NCBI RefSeq assembly: GCF_964204865.1
Contig: NC_135255.1
Location: 20,336,001 to 20,400,000 of the forward strand
Direction: 5' to 3'
Length of the DNA stretch: 64,000 nucleotides
Origin: Styela clava
Taxonomy: Eukaryota
Program-made: the position numbers and the translations under genes
In this document: piece by piece, positions 38,691 to 52,497 of the stretch
Position numbering within the stretch: position 1 is the stretch's first letter
How the letters are laid out: every line of letters begins with the position of its first letter
The notes under the pieces: model-generated
What the model saw: only the letters and a program-made list of their open reading frames with translations
Databases searched by the model: none
Told to the model about the DNA's origin: nothing

Positions 38691-41025
38691 AAGCCATAAA
38701 ACAATCATTGTGCAACAATATAGTGAAAGACTTTTCCTTCACGCCCGGCTTTCTATTATAAAGCTTATCTATCACTCAGGTTTTCGTAGAAATTGCAACG
38801 ACTTCATACGTATTAATTTGTCGCCCCCAAATCATTTCCTATTCGAACAGGACCAAAATCTTTTGTGCTTCGAATGATATTAAAAAGCTTAGTATCACAT
38901 TCATTGAAATGAAAAGGTATTCGAATCTGTCTTATTTTCTATTCATATACGCATTGGTTTTATAATTGTTTGTTAATTATAAAGTTCTATGAATTTTTTC
39001 CAGTTCCTTTTAAATATTTCATGGTTATAAGTATGTTGCTGTTATCATCTCGATGACTGTTTGTAATTCTCCGTATAATGTTTTTAATGGATAATGGAAA
39101 TAACGCGTGGCCCAGCATGTATTAAATGAACTTTGTTGGACTTAAACTTCAAAAATAAAAAAAAACATCATTTTTATAATTTATCTATTCTACTTATAAT
39201 TATCCATTATACAATTTTCTTCCGGACTTCAAATATATCCTTAATATTGTCCCGACATTATTCATTATAAGTAGGCTTCATTTTAGAACAACTAAATCAA
39301 AAAAATACTAAAATGAAGCCAATGATCTTAGAATAAATAGCTTGTCGGCCATAAACTAACTCAATCTCCACCAAGACAGTCCAAAGCAAGTGTGAGCAAT
39401 TCCCGTATAAGTCACCAGCGACGAGTTCAATCTTAACAAGACTGTGCCTTTAAACTCTGGTGTCTCTTGGCACTTTACATACCTGTGTTCGACCATACGG
39501 TTGTTGGTGTTCAAGAGCCTATTTCTGGTTGGGAGTAGCCTGACTAATATGTCACGTCAGACCGAAAGTCACTAGGCTTCAAACCTATATCAATAATTGA
39601 GCACCTAAACATAAACTTTTGCAATTGTGATAATTTGTATGCGTAATATGGAAACAAGGATGAATCACTTGGCGACGTCGGGGTTCGGGACAACTTACCA
39701 GAGGATTGAATACGCATTGCTATGGCTCCACTTCGTACCTTTTTAATAGAACGTTTTTAGACGATTTTTCTCCTAACAAGGAAATGTATAAGCAGTCATT
39801 GATATAAAAGATACTATATTTTGAAGGACCGGAAGCTTCCCAGTCGTCATTATTTACTAATTTATTGTACCCTGAGCGAGGTCATAGACATGGGATGCCA
39901 ATGGTTCTCACGAAACCGTTTGTGAGTCACAATCTCCGCTCTCTCGCTTTGAACGAGCCGTCTTGGTAACCGAAAAAACGCCGTTGGTAGCCATATCAAT
40001 ACGTTGGATTGGTTTCTGCTGTGCTCTCAAGAGATAAAAAAAAATACTTTATTTTCAACATCGAAACATTTGAAGTGCCTTGATAATCGTTTGTTGAGTT
40101 ATCAAAAGCAATGGATCAACAAGTTTTCGTTCAGTATTTGTTGCATAATATATTACGAAGCACGCATCTACGGGTTGCGTTATTAAATCTTAACGTAAGG
40201 CCAACTAAGTAGTCAAACTAGTATAAATTTGTATATGCAGCCCTTAGTTAAGCTATTGTTATCTTCACACACAAGGTTCTTCTTGCAAATCACCAATGAC
40301 GTCAGATAACCGAGTGGGAAGCGAATGATATTTAAAATAAAAACATAGACGACCTTACTAATGGTCCGAGGTTTGTCATAAGTTGCGAGTGTGGGAAGCA
40401 ATAATGATTTGTTCAAACACGAGTCTGTCATAATGTTAATGTTTATTGGAAGGACTAGTGTCTATGAGACGTTACATGCGACGATGGTGCAATAACTTGA
40501 ATTCTCAAAGCAGTTGCAAACGCCACAGAATAGTTAGCATTGCCGCAGTGGCTGTTTTAGTTGGAGTTGGATATAAGAAAGATCAATGCAAACCTGACTA
40601 TATCGAAATATAACGATATGCAGCTTTTGATCTTTTTAAAATACCCAGTGAATCAAAACGATGGGCTTATCGACTGTTAACTAATCTGGTATTGTATTAC
40701 CTTATTCAGGTCTGAGGATAAGAAGGTTGAAATGTTTTGGCAGGAGTCTTCTTTTGATATCCGGATCGGAATTTTATATTTTCAATGGTTATAACAGAAG
40801 CATTGAGTTAAATAAGCGTCCTTAACAGGCTATTAAAGTTGGCCTGCCTGCATGAAAGTTTTGCATTCAAATTTTTTTTTTCGTGATTTGAATCTGGATT
40901 TACAACCGGTCATGCTGACCGGTCTTGGCATACAATTAAATTGATTAAAGGGATCCGTTTTATATTAAGCTTACTTTGCTATTTTTGTTTTCTTACTTAG
41001 ATCGAAAAAGATTAGTCTAATTATA

Positions 41026-44000
41026 ATGGTTTGGTCGTTGATTGCCATCTTTATTTTAGGTGAGTTAAGTTACCAACTATTAATAATTAATTGTATTCTA
41101 ACTAAGCAATAAACTAACAAACAACGTTGACACAAATCGCTTCCATGCTTCTCATATTTCTGTGTAGAAAGTTTGCATTTCTCACATTTCATCAAAAGCT
41201 TTTGTCAATAAATTTTAGTTATACTGAAATAGTGTAATTTGTCAAAATAAATCCATCGCTAAGCATTGAATATTTTACTCCATATGGTATTGTATTAAAC
41301 TAACCGAAAGGATATCTCTGAATTCTATCCACCTATGAGAATTATGCCCCAAAACAGTTTAACCACTCCCGTCGCAAAAACGTTTTGACATTGTACTTTT
41401 CCACTTCCTAGGAACTGTAGTCGTCAGCAATGGTCAGTGTGATGAAAAGGATATGAACATAACATCAGGAAACGGCGAAATAAGTTCTCCAAATAATCTG
41501 AACGAATACGGGAGAACAGCAAATTGCTCGTGGAATTTCACTCCTTCGGAAGGTTACGCTCTCGTGTTAACAATCACGTATCAAAGGCTTTATATAGTCG
41601 CTCCACCAGGCAGGAAGATATGTTTGGGATCGTATGTGCTCTCCATAAACAACGGTTAGTTGATATAGGAATCTGAACTTACTGTAGAAAAATTCAGTAG
41701 CTTGGATTTAAATAAAATCTAATAATAAAATTGGTTTCTAATTCATTTTAAGTACATTTGCTAAGGTAGATTTATTCTTTACTTTAAATTCCTTAACTCT
41801 GAAACTGCTACGTAGTCTTATACCTATACGTGGGTATGGCAGGCCAGATTCTGCTTGCCACGATAAAACTAAATTTGATGCACAGGAAGAAAATGGATGG
41901 TACATGTGCCGCTGCTTTTAGTGAAGTATTCTCTGTGAATCGGAAAGCGAATCGATAGGTTGGAATAGTCGATAAAACAGTAATCGACATTATACAGGAA
42001 TCGGCCGATATTGCCAATGTTTCTGAATGTCATAAAAGTACTCATTCGAAATAGCCTCTTCTGCTTACCAGTATCGCGCGATGGCAAAATGATGTGTTCA
42101 TTTTACAATGATTGTCATCATGATAAAATTTAATTCAGATGCACAAGATTGTTGGAGATATTTAGATGCCAAGTATTCACATGCACTGACTAACCCTTTC
42201 GAATATTTCTGCGCTGGAGACGCAAGGAATAAATCGAGTGTTCATGTTCAGTATATATCGGACGGGCGAACATATACTGGTTCGGAGAATGTGATTACAG
42301 CAGCAATGGGTTTCAGCATCCAATACAAGTTTTCACAATGTTCCACAGTTACAGGTAAGTCTTGAACAATAAATATGAAATATTTCAATCAAAGTCACTA
42401 AACTTATTTATATAAGTTCTTTAAACGAAGACGAGTAATCATGCACACGCATAAAGATTTTTGTGCATGGAATTATTTGAAAGAACGAATCTTCTCCATT
42501 CGGTGTTTCCTACTGATTTACATATTGATTTACACTCGCGAACATTGAGTGTGCTAGATGTGGCAAGTGTTTGAAAGCGTAAGACAAAAAATGACCCTTG
42601 ATTCTAGTGAAAACCATTGGCTATTAGAAACGAAGTGTATAAGTGGAAAAATACAACATAAATTATTCATTTTAATGCAGCACGCGCTCACCTGGATACA
42701 ACTAATGCTCCTACTACCACACACTATCCGTCTTATCCCACCACTGACGTAGTCAACACGGTTAAAATATCACCCAATACTGCAAATTTGGAAGTGGTTA
42801 CTCGTATTAACGCTAAGACAACAGGTTTTAAAATCAGACCAGAAATAGGCATCACGTCGGATCGTTCAACAATCACCCTATCGCAAAATACTATGGGTAA
42901 CTATGAATTTTGTACGTAATATTTAACCATCGGATGATAAAACCCATCCTGGGTAAAAATATCCCATTTTAGTACATGGTGTCGTTGCTTTTCTAAGTTT
43001 GTCCGAATATTCTTTTGCGTTCTATATTTAATCTGCTAATTGTTAGATGACGTGCTGTGTACTGAGTGATCAGTTATGGACATTCAGTCTTTTTTTTCAT
43101 CCCACTGCATAAAACTGCATTCGAAATTGATTGAGCGATTCAAAGGTTACTATATACAGTACTTGTAACAGGAACAGTCAGCATATGCGCTGATAGACAT
43201 TCGAGCACAAGTGGGATGAGTCAAACAACTCTAATACTCCTCCTCTCCATACCGGAATTTATCTTTGTTTTACTCATGATCGTGGCTGGGATTGCATTCT
43301 ACAGAAAAAGACGGTCCGTATTATTTATCATTGGAATTATAAATCCTAATCTATCCTAAAGCTTAATGATCCGATATTTATTTCTTCGCCAACCGATACT
43401 AACAAAATATGAAACGATATGTGAATTCCTAAATTTTCTTAGAAACCAAAACTGGTTACTGGGCAATGGCACACGGGATCAAAAAGTACTCAGGACAAGA
43501 TATTTCATAAATTTGCAACAATGATGAATCTTCTCGTAGCCAGAGTGTGTGTTAGTTACGTTATAATTTTTTCATGAACGTACTAATTAATCATGAAGTA
43601 TGATCTTAGAAAAGGCGTGGGTCACGCTTTATGAATCGTAGGTACGTGACGCACGACTAATAAAACTAGTAGTCGAGTTACGTCTTCAATTCAATATTAC
43701 ACTTTTCAGAACAACAATATTAGTACTACATACATGGATTAACCTAGGTATAGTTAGAATGTTTTTGATGAGGGTTGGTATTACAATTATTTACATCCTC
43801 TGTACGCGGTGCTGTAATCTCTGTCCAAAATTAAACAAATCATCCTAAACTTCGAGCGCTTGTAAACTTGCTACTCCTCCCACATTGTCGACATTTGTAT
43901 CTTATAAAAATATTTTAAGGACCCCCCTAAAGACGAATCTGATGTGATTTAATATACCCAATATTTTCAAAGATCACAGCGCTCAGACCATGTCAACACA

Positions 44001-44599
44001 GCACAAGGGACTGTTCCTAATTCTACTGAGATGGGAAACATCAGTTCTAAGAGACAAAACGGAACGTCAGGTAATCTGTTAGTAATTTCAAATACAGCAT
44101 TGGGATATACTGAAAAGTTGCACTTTTCGTATTGAACCGATTTAAAATCTCAAGGTGTTTTTGTTATTTTCGTTCAACGCTGTTATTGTCGTGTTTGTGT
44201 ATGTCAGTGGAACAACTCTCATGTTAGTGGTTGGTTTTCCGTCCCAGATTAGATATTTTCGGATTCCAGCAATATCCGGCTCATTTTGAACTATCAATAT
44301 TTGTTAATAGAACTCATTCGAACCCACATGCATGTAACTAGATCAGTTACTAACTTTTCTGACAAGGTAGGGTACTAAGGTCGATACAGTACTATCCTAC
44401 TACAACAAAGAATAGGAATTTTAAAATAACATATAGAATATATTCAGGTACCGATGGCTACGAAGAAGTTCAAGTCGGGCCATCTGGTGAATATGAAGAG
44501 ATACGACAAGCAACTGATGGATACGAGAAAGTGCAAATCGGGGCAACAGATCAGGAACAAGAAAGTGGATATAAAGCCACGTATGTGAACGTTGCATAA
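41026..44599 (+). CDS. Gene 8: class A CUB-domain type-I membrane receptor, apparently intact, 366 aa, 7 exons
   Basis: Exons 41026-41059, 41412-41654, 42139-42354, 42681-42896, 43172-43313, 43973-44070, 44448-44599 give an open 1101-nt frame. TM SIPEF; tail GYEEVQVGPSGEYEEIRQATDGYEKV...TYVNVA*. Confidence 0.88.
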
Positions 44600-45965
44600 A
44601 AAATCGAAAGACAAACATTGTGCAACAATACAGTAAAAGATTTCTTTCATCGACCGACTTCCTAACTACAAAGCTTTTCTATTACTCACTTCAGTGTGGA
44701 ATTTTAAACGACTTCACAGGGTTGGGTGGTAACTGACTCCAATGACCGCATGGTCGTATCGTTGCCACCCAGTATGTACCGAGAACTTTTATATTTCAAT
44801 CTAATTTCATTTTGTTGTGTATATGTTTTCTGGTGGACAAACAAAATAAACTTTCGCATACGTATGAATTTGTCGTCGTAAAATTATTTCATGTTTGAAC
44901 CGAAATGTTTTAAAAATTGTTTGAAAAATTAGTATCACATTCAAATATTTAAATAATTTTGACCAAAGAAAACTTCCATTGAAATGAAAAGCTATTCAAA
45001 TTTGCTTTATGTTTGATCCATTTACGTATTAGTTCTATTAATATTTGCTAATTATAAAGTTTTATACGATTTTGACAGTCTTTCAAATATTTCACGGGTA
45101 TAAGTAAGTTGCTGTTATCATCTCGGTGGTCGTTTGTAAATATCCGCTTGATGCATTTTAATTAATAATAGAAACAATGCTTCGCTTAACCTGTATTAAA
45201 TGAACTTTGTTGGACTCAAATGAACTTTGAGAATGGGAAAACTTCTTTTTCATATTTTATCTATTTTACTCATTATTATCAACTATACAAAATCAGGCTT
45301 CATTTTAGAAAGACCAAATCAAAGAAAAATAATCTTAGAATGAGCTAAGTCAATCTCAATCGAGACAGTCCAAAGCAAGTAAGAGCAATTTCGTTCACTC
45401 TTAGCAAGACTATGGCTTCAAACTGTGGTGTCTAAATTGGATTGGCACTTTACGTATATGGATTAAACTAAACCCCTTGCTTACACAGTTATTGATGTTC
45501 AAGAGCCGGTTTCCGGTTCGGAGTAGCCTAACGAATAGGCCAAGCAGACCAAAAAACAATAGGTTTCATTCTGTGACATTTATTTATCAATTAAACATAA
45601 GTTTCTGCAACCAGTGAATGTTATCACGTAACTCTTACTTGTAAGAATTTGCATGTGTATTATATATTCATAAATACTTATCGATTGAACTTTAAGGGTG
45701 AATCATTTGGCGACGTCGGGGTTTCGAATATCAGACCAGGGATATGAATACGCATTGCTATGGCGCCACTTTGTACATTTTCAATTTGTGGTGTTTTGAC
45801 GATTTTCGCTCCGAACAAGTTCGTGTATAAGCAGTAATTTGATATTCAAGATACTATATTTCAGAGGACCACAAGCTTCCCATTCACCATAAAGATCATA
45901 AATATGGGTGGCAATGTTTCGCAAAAAACCTTTGGTGGGTCACGGCGTCAACCCTTACGGGTTGA
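41760..45965 (+). repeat. Segmental duplication copy 2 (paralog ~10470-14958)
   Basis: Near-identical to the gene 2 region from intron 2 onward; boundaries approximate. Confidence 0.85.
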
Positions 45966-47780
45966 ACGAACCTAATGACATAGCCGGCCTGGTAAACGGA
46001 CACGACGCCGTTTTTGTCCTAAAAAATCGTTGGCTTACGTTTCGCCTGCGCTCTCAAGAGATATGAGTGAAATTTTATTCTAATTTAAACATGGAAACAT
46101 TCGAAGGGTTCAAAATACGTTTATTGAGTTACTGAAAGCTGAAGCAATGGCTCGGTTAGTTTGAGTTCATAATTTGTTGCATATTATACGAAGCACACGT
46201 ACACGGGCGGTGATATTATAATAAATCTTTTTATAAGATCAATAGTTGAACTAGCGTAAATTTGAATATGCGGCCCTCAGTTAAACTATTATTATCTTCA
46301 CACACAAGGACTTGTTGCAAATCTACCAATGACGTCAAATGACAGTGTTCCGTGTTTCCTTGTATATTCTAGAAACTGTGTGGGAAACGAATAACGTTTT
46401 GACAGAACATATTCAACCATTATAGCTTGAAGTTTGTCATCAGTTGCGAGTGTGGGAAGCAAATAATGTTTTGAGCAAACACGATTGTGCCCTGAAGACT
46501 AATGTTTATAAGAAGTTGCAGGTGTGGATGATTATTTAAAGATATTGTGTTCTCGAAGCAGTAGAAAAATGAGTTGTGAACTTAACAGAATAGTCAGCAT
46601 CGGCACAGTGGCTACTTTAAACATGTTGGATGAATTCGAGCTTGGTACTGATGTAAGGTTAACTATATTAGTTTTGGAATTGCGCAAATGCCAAGCAACT
46701 ATCAAGTGAATCAAAACGATCAGTTTAATATCGTATTACATACTGAACATTTATTTTCACCGCAACGCTGAATCTGCCTGCTATCGCACCAACAGAAGCA
46801 GGGGTGTGAACTGTGGAGTAGAGGTTTTGCTCGTTTCATCAGGGTCGTCCTTAAAAACCACTCGAAATCGGAAATTTAATTCCCCGAATTTGGGATTCGA
46901 TATTTCATACTTTCAATGGATGTTTCCCCGAGCACCGATTTCCTTGTTTATTTTTGTAAAATGATCAATCTGCAATAAGTCAACCATGACGTAACAATTG
47001 TAATTTGTTCAGCAGCCGCTCATACACTTCTTTCGCTCAGACAAATATTCAAGCAGGGCTGTAAACTGTTGGCCCGTATTCGTGGTTTTGCGTGTTATTT
47101 GTAATTTTTCAGGTGCGTTGCCAAGAATAGTTGTAAATCAAATACCTTAATTGTCATTATGTCTTATGAGGCGTTTTAGTTTAGTTACAATAATTAAAAA
47201 CTGATCCCGCAAATTCTGCGATAGACTAGCCTAAAATTAGCTATCAGTACCTGTACGCGACACCTAATGCTTTTATTAAAAACAAGAGAGCTATGCTCAA
47301 ATATATGAAAACGTTTGAAGTAAATAAACCTAATAGCCTTCTAAAGGAAATTTTTATCTTCAAGCACTGAAAATTTCAGAGCAATTGGTCGAGTAATTAA
47401 AGACAAAAGCGACTTTTTAGGATTAGGTAACAAGTGGGCGTGGCTTTCCACACGTTTTCTCACCACTGAGAGGGCGGGGGCATTGCCCCCACCCCCAATG
47501 CCACTTGAAAAAAATCCCATTACCCGGGCGAACGCTTTCCCGCTCCGAGAACGAGGATTAACGGCCTCTAAACGCCAAAATCACTCTAGTGTGACTAGAT
47601 CGATGACTTGATTGACAGGTAGCCTACTCCGGCCACTAAAAGCCTGTTTTGTCCCACTTCCAATTTCAACGTGAATTGAAATACCAAGTGATCCAAGTAA
47701 CTTATCCATTACGGTACCAGGGCAAAAATAAAAAAAATATCGATCTCCCGATAATCATATGCGGTACAGTAACTCACCAG

Positions 47781-49924
47781 CAGGGATGGCCATTTCCGAA
47801 TACTAAACTATTCCGAATACATTCTAAAATAATGTTTTCGAATCTGGAATTCCGAATACATTCTAAAATCGGAAATAACACATTTTTGTTTTAGTTGATT
47901 AAAACCCAGTAAATTAGGAAATAAGCTTCAATAGAAACATCAGAATGAAGCCACAGACCAACAGTATATGTACACAAAGTAATTGATAGATTATAGCTAT
48001 TAATCAAAAATAATAGCAACTTGTGACACAGTCAGTTTATTAAAATTATTCACTTTGTACAAATGACCATATGAAAAGATAGCCAAGGAGTTGTCTGACG
48101 CTTTCTATCATTTGTACCATGATATTACGATAATAGTCGAGTCTATTGACAAAAATACTACTTGTATTCAGATAATTGTGTATATTTTCTGAGAGTAATA
48201 AAATTTATTGGCAATACAGGCAACAACAATCGAAAATCCATTATGCCTTTAAAAATTTTAATATTTAAGCCTAGAGTATTCTACTACCTACCAGTATATT
48301 TGTATATAAATTTATGTGAACCATATTTTGTTATTATGTGTAACATATTGTTGTGTTTGGAGTTAGAAATAAATTAGTAGAGAATAGATGACCACCACTG
48401 CCAGCGCGCAGCCAGGATTTTCGAAATCGGAAATTCTCATTGCCGCCTGTAACACCCACCGCGATTCGGCGCTCGTTAAAAGAGCCGTCTTGTCAGCGTA
48501 TAATGATCATTCTGTTACGTAAAGTATTCAATCCATGACAACTACGAGATTTTAAAATATCTTTATATATTAATTTAATGTGTCCAACTTAACTCGCGGT
48601 TGCTTCTTCTTACGTCAAAAAAACAACACATTACCATTCGGTCCACGGCAACCTGTGACCTAAAATTACGAGATAAACTGCTTGATGTATTTAATTTTAA
48701 TATGTATTTTTGCAATCTTTCCAACTCGTTATCGCCGTTAGAAAAATCTCAAATAATTATATAAAATTCTGTTAAGTGTAGAGAATAATTCATTTCATAC
48801 AATGAATATACATATAAAGTTTAGCAGTAAATTAAAAATATATATTCATCGCTGCGATTATGCCACCTGGTAAAAAAGTCGACTTTTACAACAAATAATA
48901 TAACAACGAATATATATTTTTCTGTTGTGCAAAGTGATGAATTCGTGACCGACACGGGCATATTTAAAATATCTTGCTCCTATTAAATTTAATTGTCTTC
49001 AATTTAACCTGCGGTTGTGTCGACAAAATAAAATCCTCACCACTCTTATATACCATTGCAATCCGCGGCCATAAAAATAAAAACGTGAGGTAAACTGTCC
49101 GATTAAATATTGTTTTTATCCGTATTTTGCGAATTCGGCAAATATTTAGATGTACTTGTTAACAGTGACTCCGCTCGATCGAAATGCTCACAGTAAAATA
49201 TCTCAGAGTAAAATTTATTTCATCACAATAAAATTGATTGAATATACTTTAGATTAGATTAATTATATTATATACATCCTCACAACCAGGGAAAAAGTCG
49301 CGTCCCAAACCTTGTGTCGTGTTAACCCGAAAATATTCGACGGCAATTCAAAGTTATGGATAATCAGGCAAATCCCGCCCTCAATTAGTGACGATATGTT
49401 TCTAAACGCCGACCAAACATAATGTGTGCCAGAGGCACATGAAATTTGCGATTTTCACTGCCTAGAAAAGCGTTTTTTAAATTTTCGCGGGCCTCAATAA
49501 AACTTATGTTGTTTACGGTTTTATTTTCAGTATTTTAAATTTCCGCTTTTCAATCAAAAAGTTGCGTTGTCTTTAGAAACTCGCCGCCGATGAACGTATT
49601 TACCAGATTCACAATTCCGTGCGCGTACAAAAATAAAATAAATGTAATCGTTATCGTGGAACAAATTTGTAAAAAAATTTTGTTTTAGAGAAAATAACAC
49701 AATCGTAAAGGCGTTTACGGGCCTAAATAACACTTTACGCTGATGAGTGATAAAAACAATCACGCGCAAGTTTCAATCGAGAATGTTTTCATTCAACGGA
49801 AACGTCTTGAAAGCGGCGTCGAAAATGTGTGACGTCACACAAATATCCGATATTCTTATGAACGTGAATTCCGATATTCGAATGATGAGATATTCGAATA
49901 CTTTGTTCGAATTGGCCATCCCTG
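47781..49924. mobile_element. Non-autonomous hAT-like DNA transposon (~2.1 kb)
   Basis: TIR CAGGGATGGCCA...TGGCCATCCCTG with subterminal CGAATA repeats; 8-bp TSD CTCACCAG/CTTACCAG; no transposase ORF in the track. Confidence 0.78.
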
Positions 49925-51326
49925 CTTACCAGTACCTGAAATTCGTTCGCAGAACGACGGTTCTTCCTTGTCATATAAGAACTCAATTCATTTCCTCTTA
50001 TCAAATAAAGAAATAAAGTAGGCTAAAAAATTTATGTTGTTTACATCAGAACTGTAACGAGAAGATGATAGCGTAATTCACTGCGGTACCGTACGGTACC
50101 TTACCAGTACTGCAGTACCTGTTGCTGTATGTAGGCCTGCTATTCGATCGTGGAACGGTTCTTCTCTGGCATATAAAAACTGAATTCAATTTGCTCTTAT
50201 CAAAGTTAACAAATACGGTAGGCTGAATTTGCAAGAAAACCAACATTACTGCAATAGTAGGATCGCAAAAGGAATAACGAATAAGTCAATTTTACTGTGG
50301 TATGTTAACTTACCGCGGTACCGTATCTGCCAGACGCTTCTTCTTTGCAAAACCAACTAATTCGGTTTATCACGGTATTATAACAGCAGATACCACAGTC
50401 TACGAATATATTCACACCAAGCGAAACAGTGCAGTACGGTTTACTGTACCTTTAGCTTCACCGGTAACCTAAAATAACTTACAATTTTTGAGCAACGATT
50501 TTCAGAATCCGCCTTCACGCCGACGTTCGATGGCACGTGATCATGCGTCCGCAGAACGTTCGGTGACGTCATAGCAAACAAAAACAAATCTCACAGAAAT
50601 ATTTGAAATAAATAAAAGTAATAGCCTTCTGGAGAAAAAATCAAACTTTAACCACTGAAAATTTCAAAGCAATTGGTCCAGTATTCGAAGAGAAAGGCGA
50701 TTTTATAATGATGGTGACAAAGAATAATAACAATGCCAGCATAAAATGCGAAACGATCGTTATGTCCACTACGTGTCCAATAATAGTTTTGAACATGTAA
50801 AACAGTTTGTAAGCGCCAACTCTCAAAATTAGTGTAAAAATTTTGCAATGTTAAAGTATAGGAAGAATTTTCAGGGATCAAGGGTCGGGTAAACCCACAT
50901 GGTGGGGGAGTCAAATCTTTTTTACAAACACTCTAAAAACATCTAGTTTACCATACGTTCTTAACAGCCTTTTATAAGAAGCTGGTATAAGCCAAAGTTT
51001 TTGTTTTCAAAGTTGATTATACAAGAGTTCGAGGCTGGAGTCGATTTTTACAACAAGGCGTAATATGCAATTCATTAATCAGATTTATTACTAATCATCT
51101 TAGCATCAAACTTTACCTCAGTGAACTGGAAACCGTGGTATTACACAATAGATGACATATCTTGTATGGAGCAGAGCATATATTCGGTTAGGACTGATTC
51201 ACTTAACAAACCGGGAAACAGCAATAGGAAGAAACTAATTGGAGGCGATGGGTTTCGAAAGCAAAGATATATTTGGTCATGGTCCTATAAAGAAATAACG
51301 CGCGCCGAAAAGAGCATTCTCTTATA

Positions 51327-51570
51327 AACAAGAGCGCTATGCTTAAATATATGGACACGTTTGAAATAAATGAAAGTAATAGCCTTCTGAGGAAAAATTT
51401 TATCTTTGAGCACTGAAAATTTCAGAGCAATTGGCCCAGTAATCCAAGAGAATAGCGACTGTTTAGGTTTTCCACTAGGTGTCCAAAAAGTGTCAAAGAA
51501 CAAGTTTAAGGATAAGAACAACAACATAATATTGAAACGATAGTTTTCTCCACTAACGTGTTCAATAATC
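51327..51570. repeat. Dispersed repeat family (related pieces at ~47280-47420 and ~50595-50790)
   Basis: Shared core GTAATAGCCTTCT..GGAAAAATTTTATCTT...CACTGAAAATTTCAGAGCAATTGG; element class not determined. Confidence 0.6.
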
Positions 51571-52497
51571 GAATGAGAAATATTTAAATCCGAATAAAAA
51601 AAATAGGAAGTTTTTAAAGCAAACGTTGTTTTCTCGAAATATATAGTAAAAATGCGACTAAACAGGTTTATTTTGTCACGATGGTAATCAAGAATTTTGA
51701 GTTTGTAAAGTGCAGACAGTACAGTCTGAGTCGATGATTGCGACGAACATACTTTTATTATAGAGGCGCCAGATTGACGTCCCGTGGAGAGTCCGCTTGT
51801 GTGCCAAATGTGGTACGCGCGCCACGGGCCACAAACCTGAATTGAGAAATTATATATCTGGGTTGCACAAGCTAATTATTGTTTTGTTACATTTCAACAA
51901 CGAAAACATGACCAGAGCAGTTCTGGTCCAATCAATCGGACGTTTTCAGATTGAAAATATAAACGATTTGATTAGTTTGACTCTTATACCTACCTTCAAA
52001 AATAATTCGGGGATATACAAATTAAATATGCTGTTATACATGAAAATGAATAAATTAAAGGTGCAGTGTAGTGTGAGTAAAACCAATCGGAGTAACACCG
52101 AAGTAAAACATAATCAATTACTTAATTGGTTATGCACGCATGACACTGCCGTCATAGCATAGAAAGCGCCATCAACTGTGCTAAATCACGCAATGACCAG
52201 ACGAGCACACTGACGGAAAGGGCATGCAGCCATTGCTTGCTTACCTACCATCACCATAATCAGTCAGTCACACAACGTACTGCCCTTATGGCCCTCTCCT
52301 AGTTACAATATAAGTATTGTTCCTGGGAGACAGTCAGAGATGTAGGATTGGATCATGGGAATGTTTATATCGAATATCGTTTTGCATAATACAAATTTTT
52401 GTCGTAATTACCGTAATTTGGATCAAATATTTTTAATATTACGTCCACTTTGCTTTTCTTCTTACTAACTAAGACGTAAAACATTAGTCTAGTTACC

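Noticed and set aside
50080-50470. CGGTACCG palindrome-rich stretch (also ~63775-63960) as structured RNA
   Set aside because: No recognisable ncRNA motif; recurrence suggests internal sequence of a dispersed repeat.
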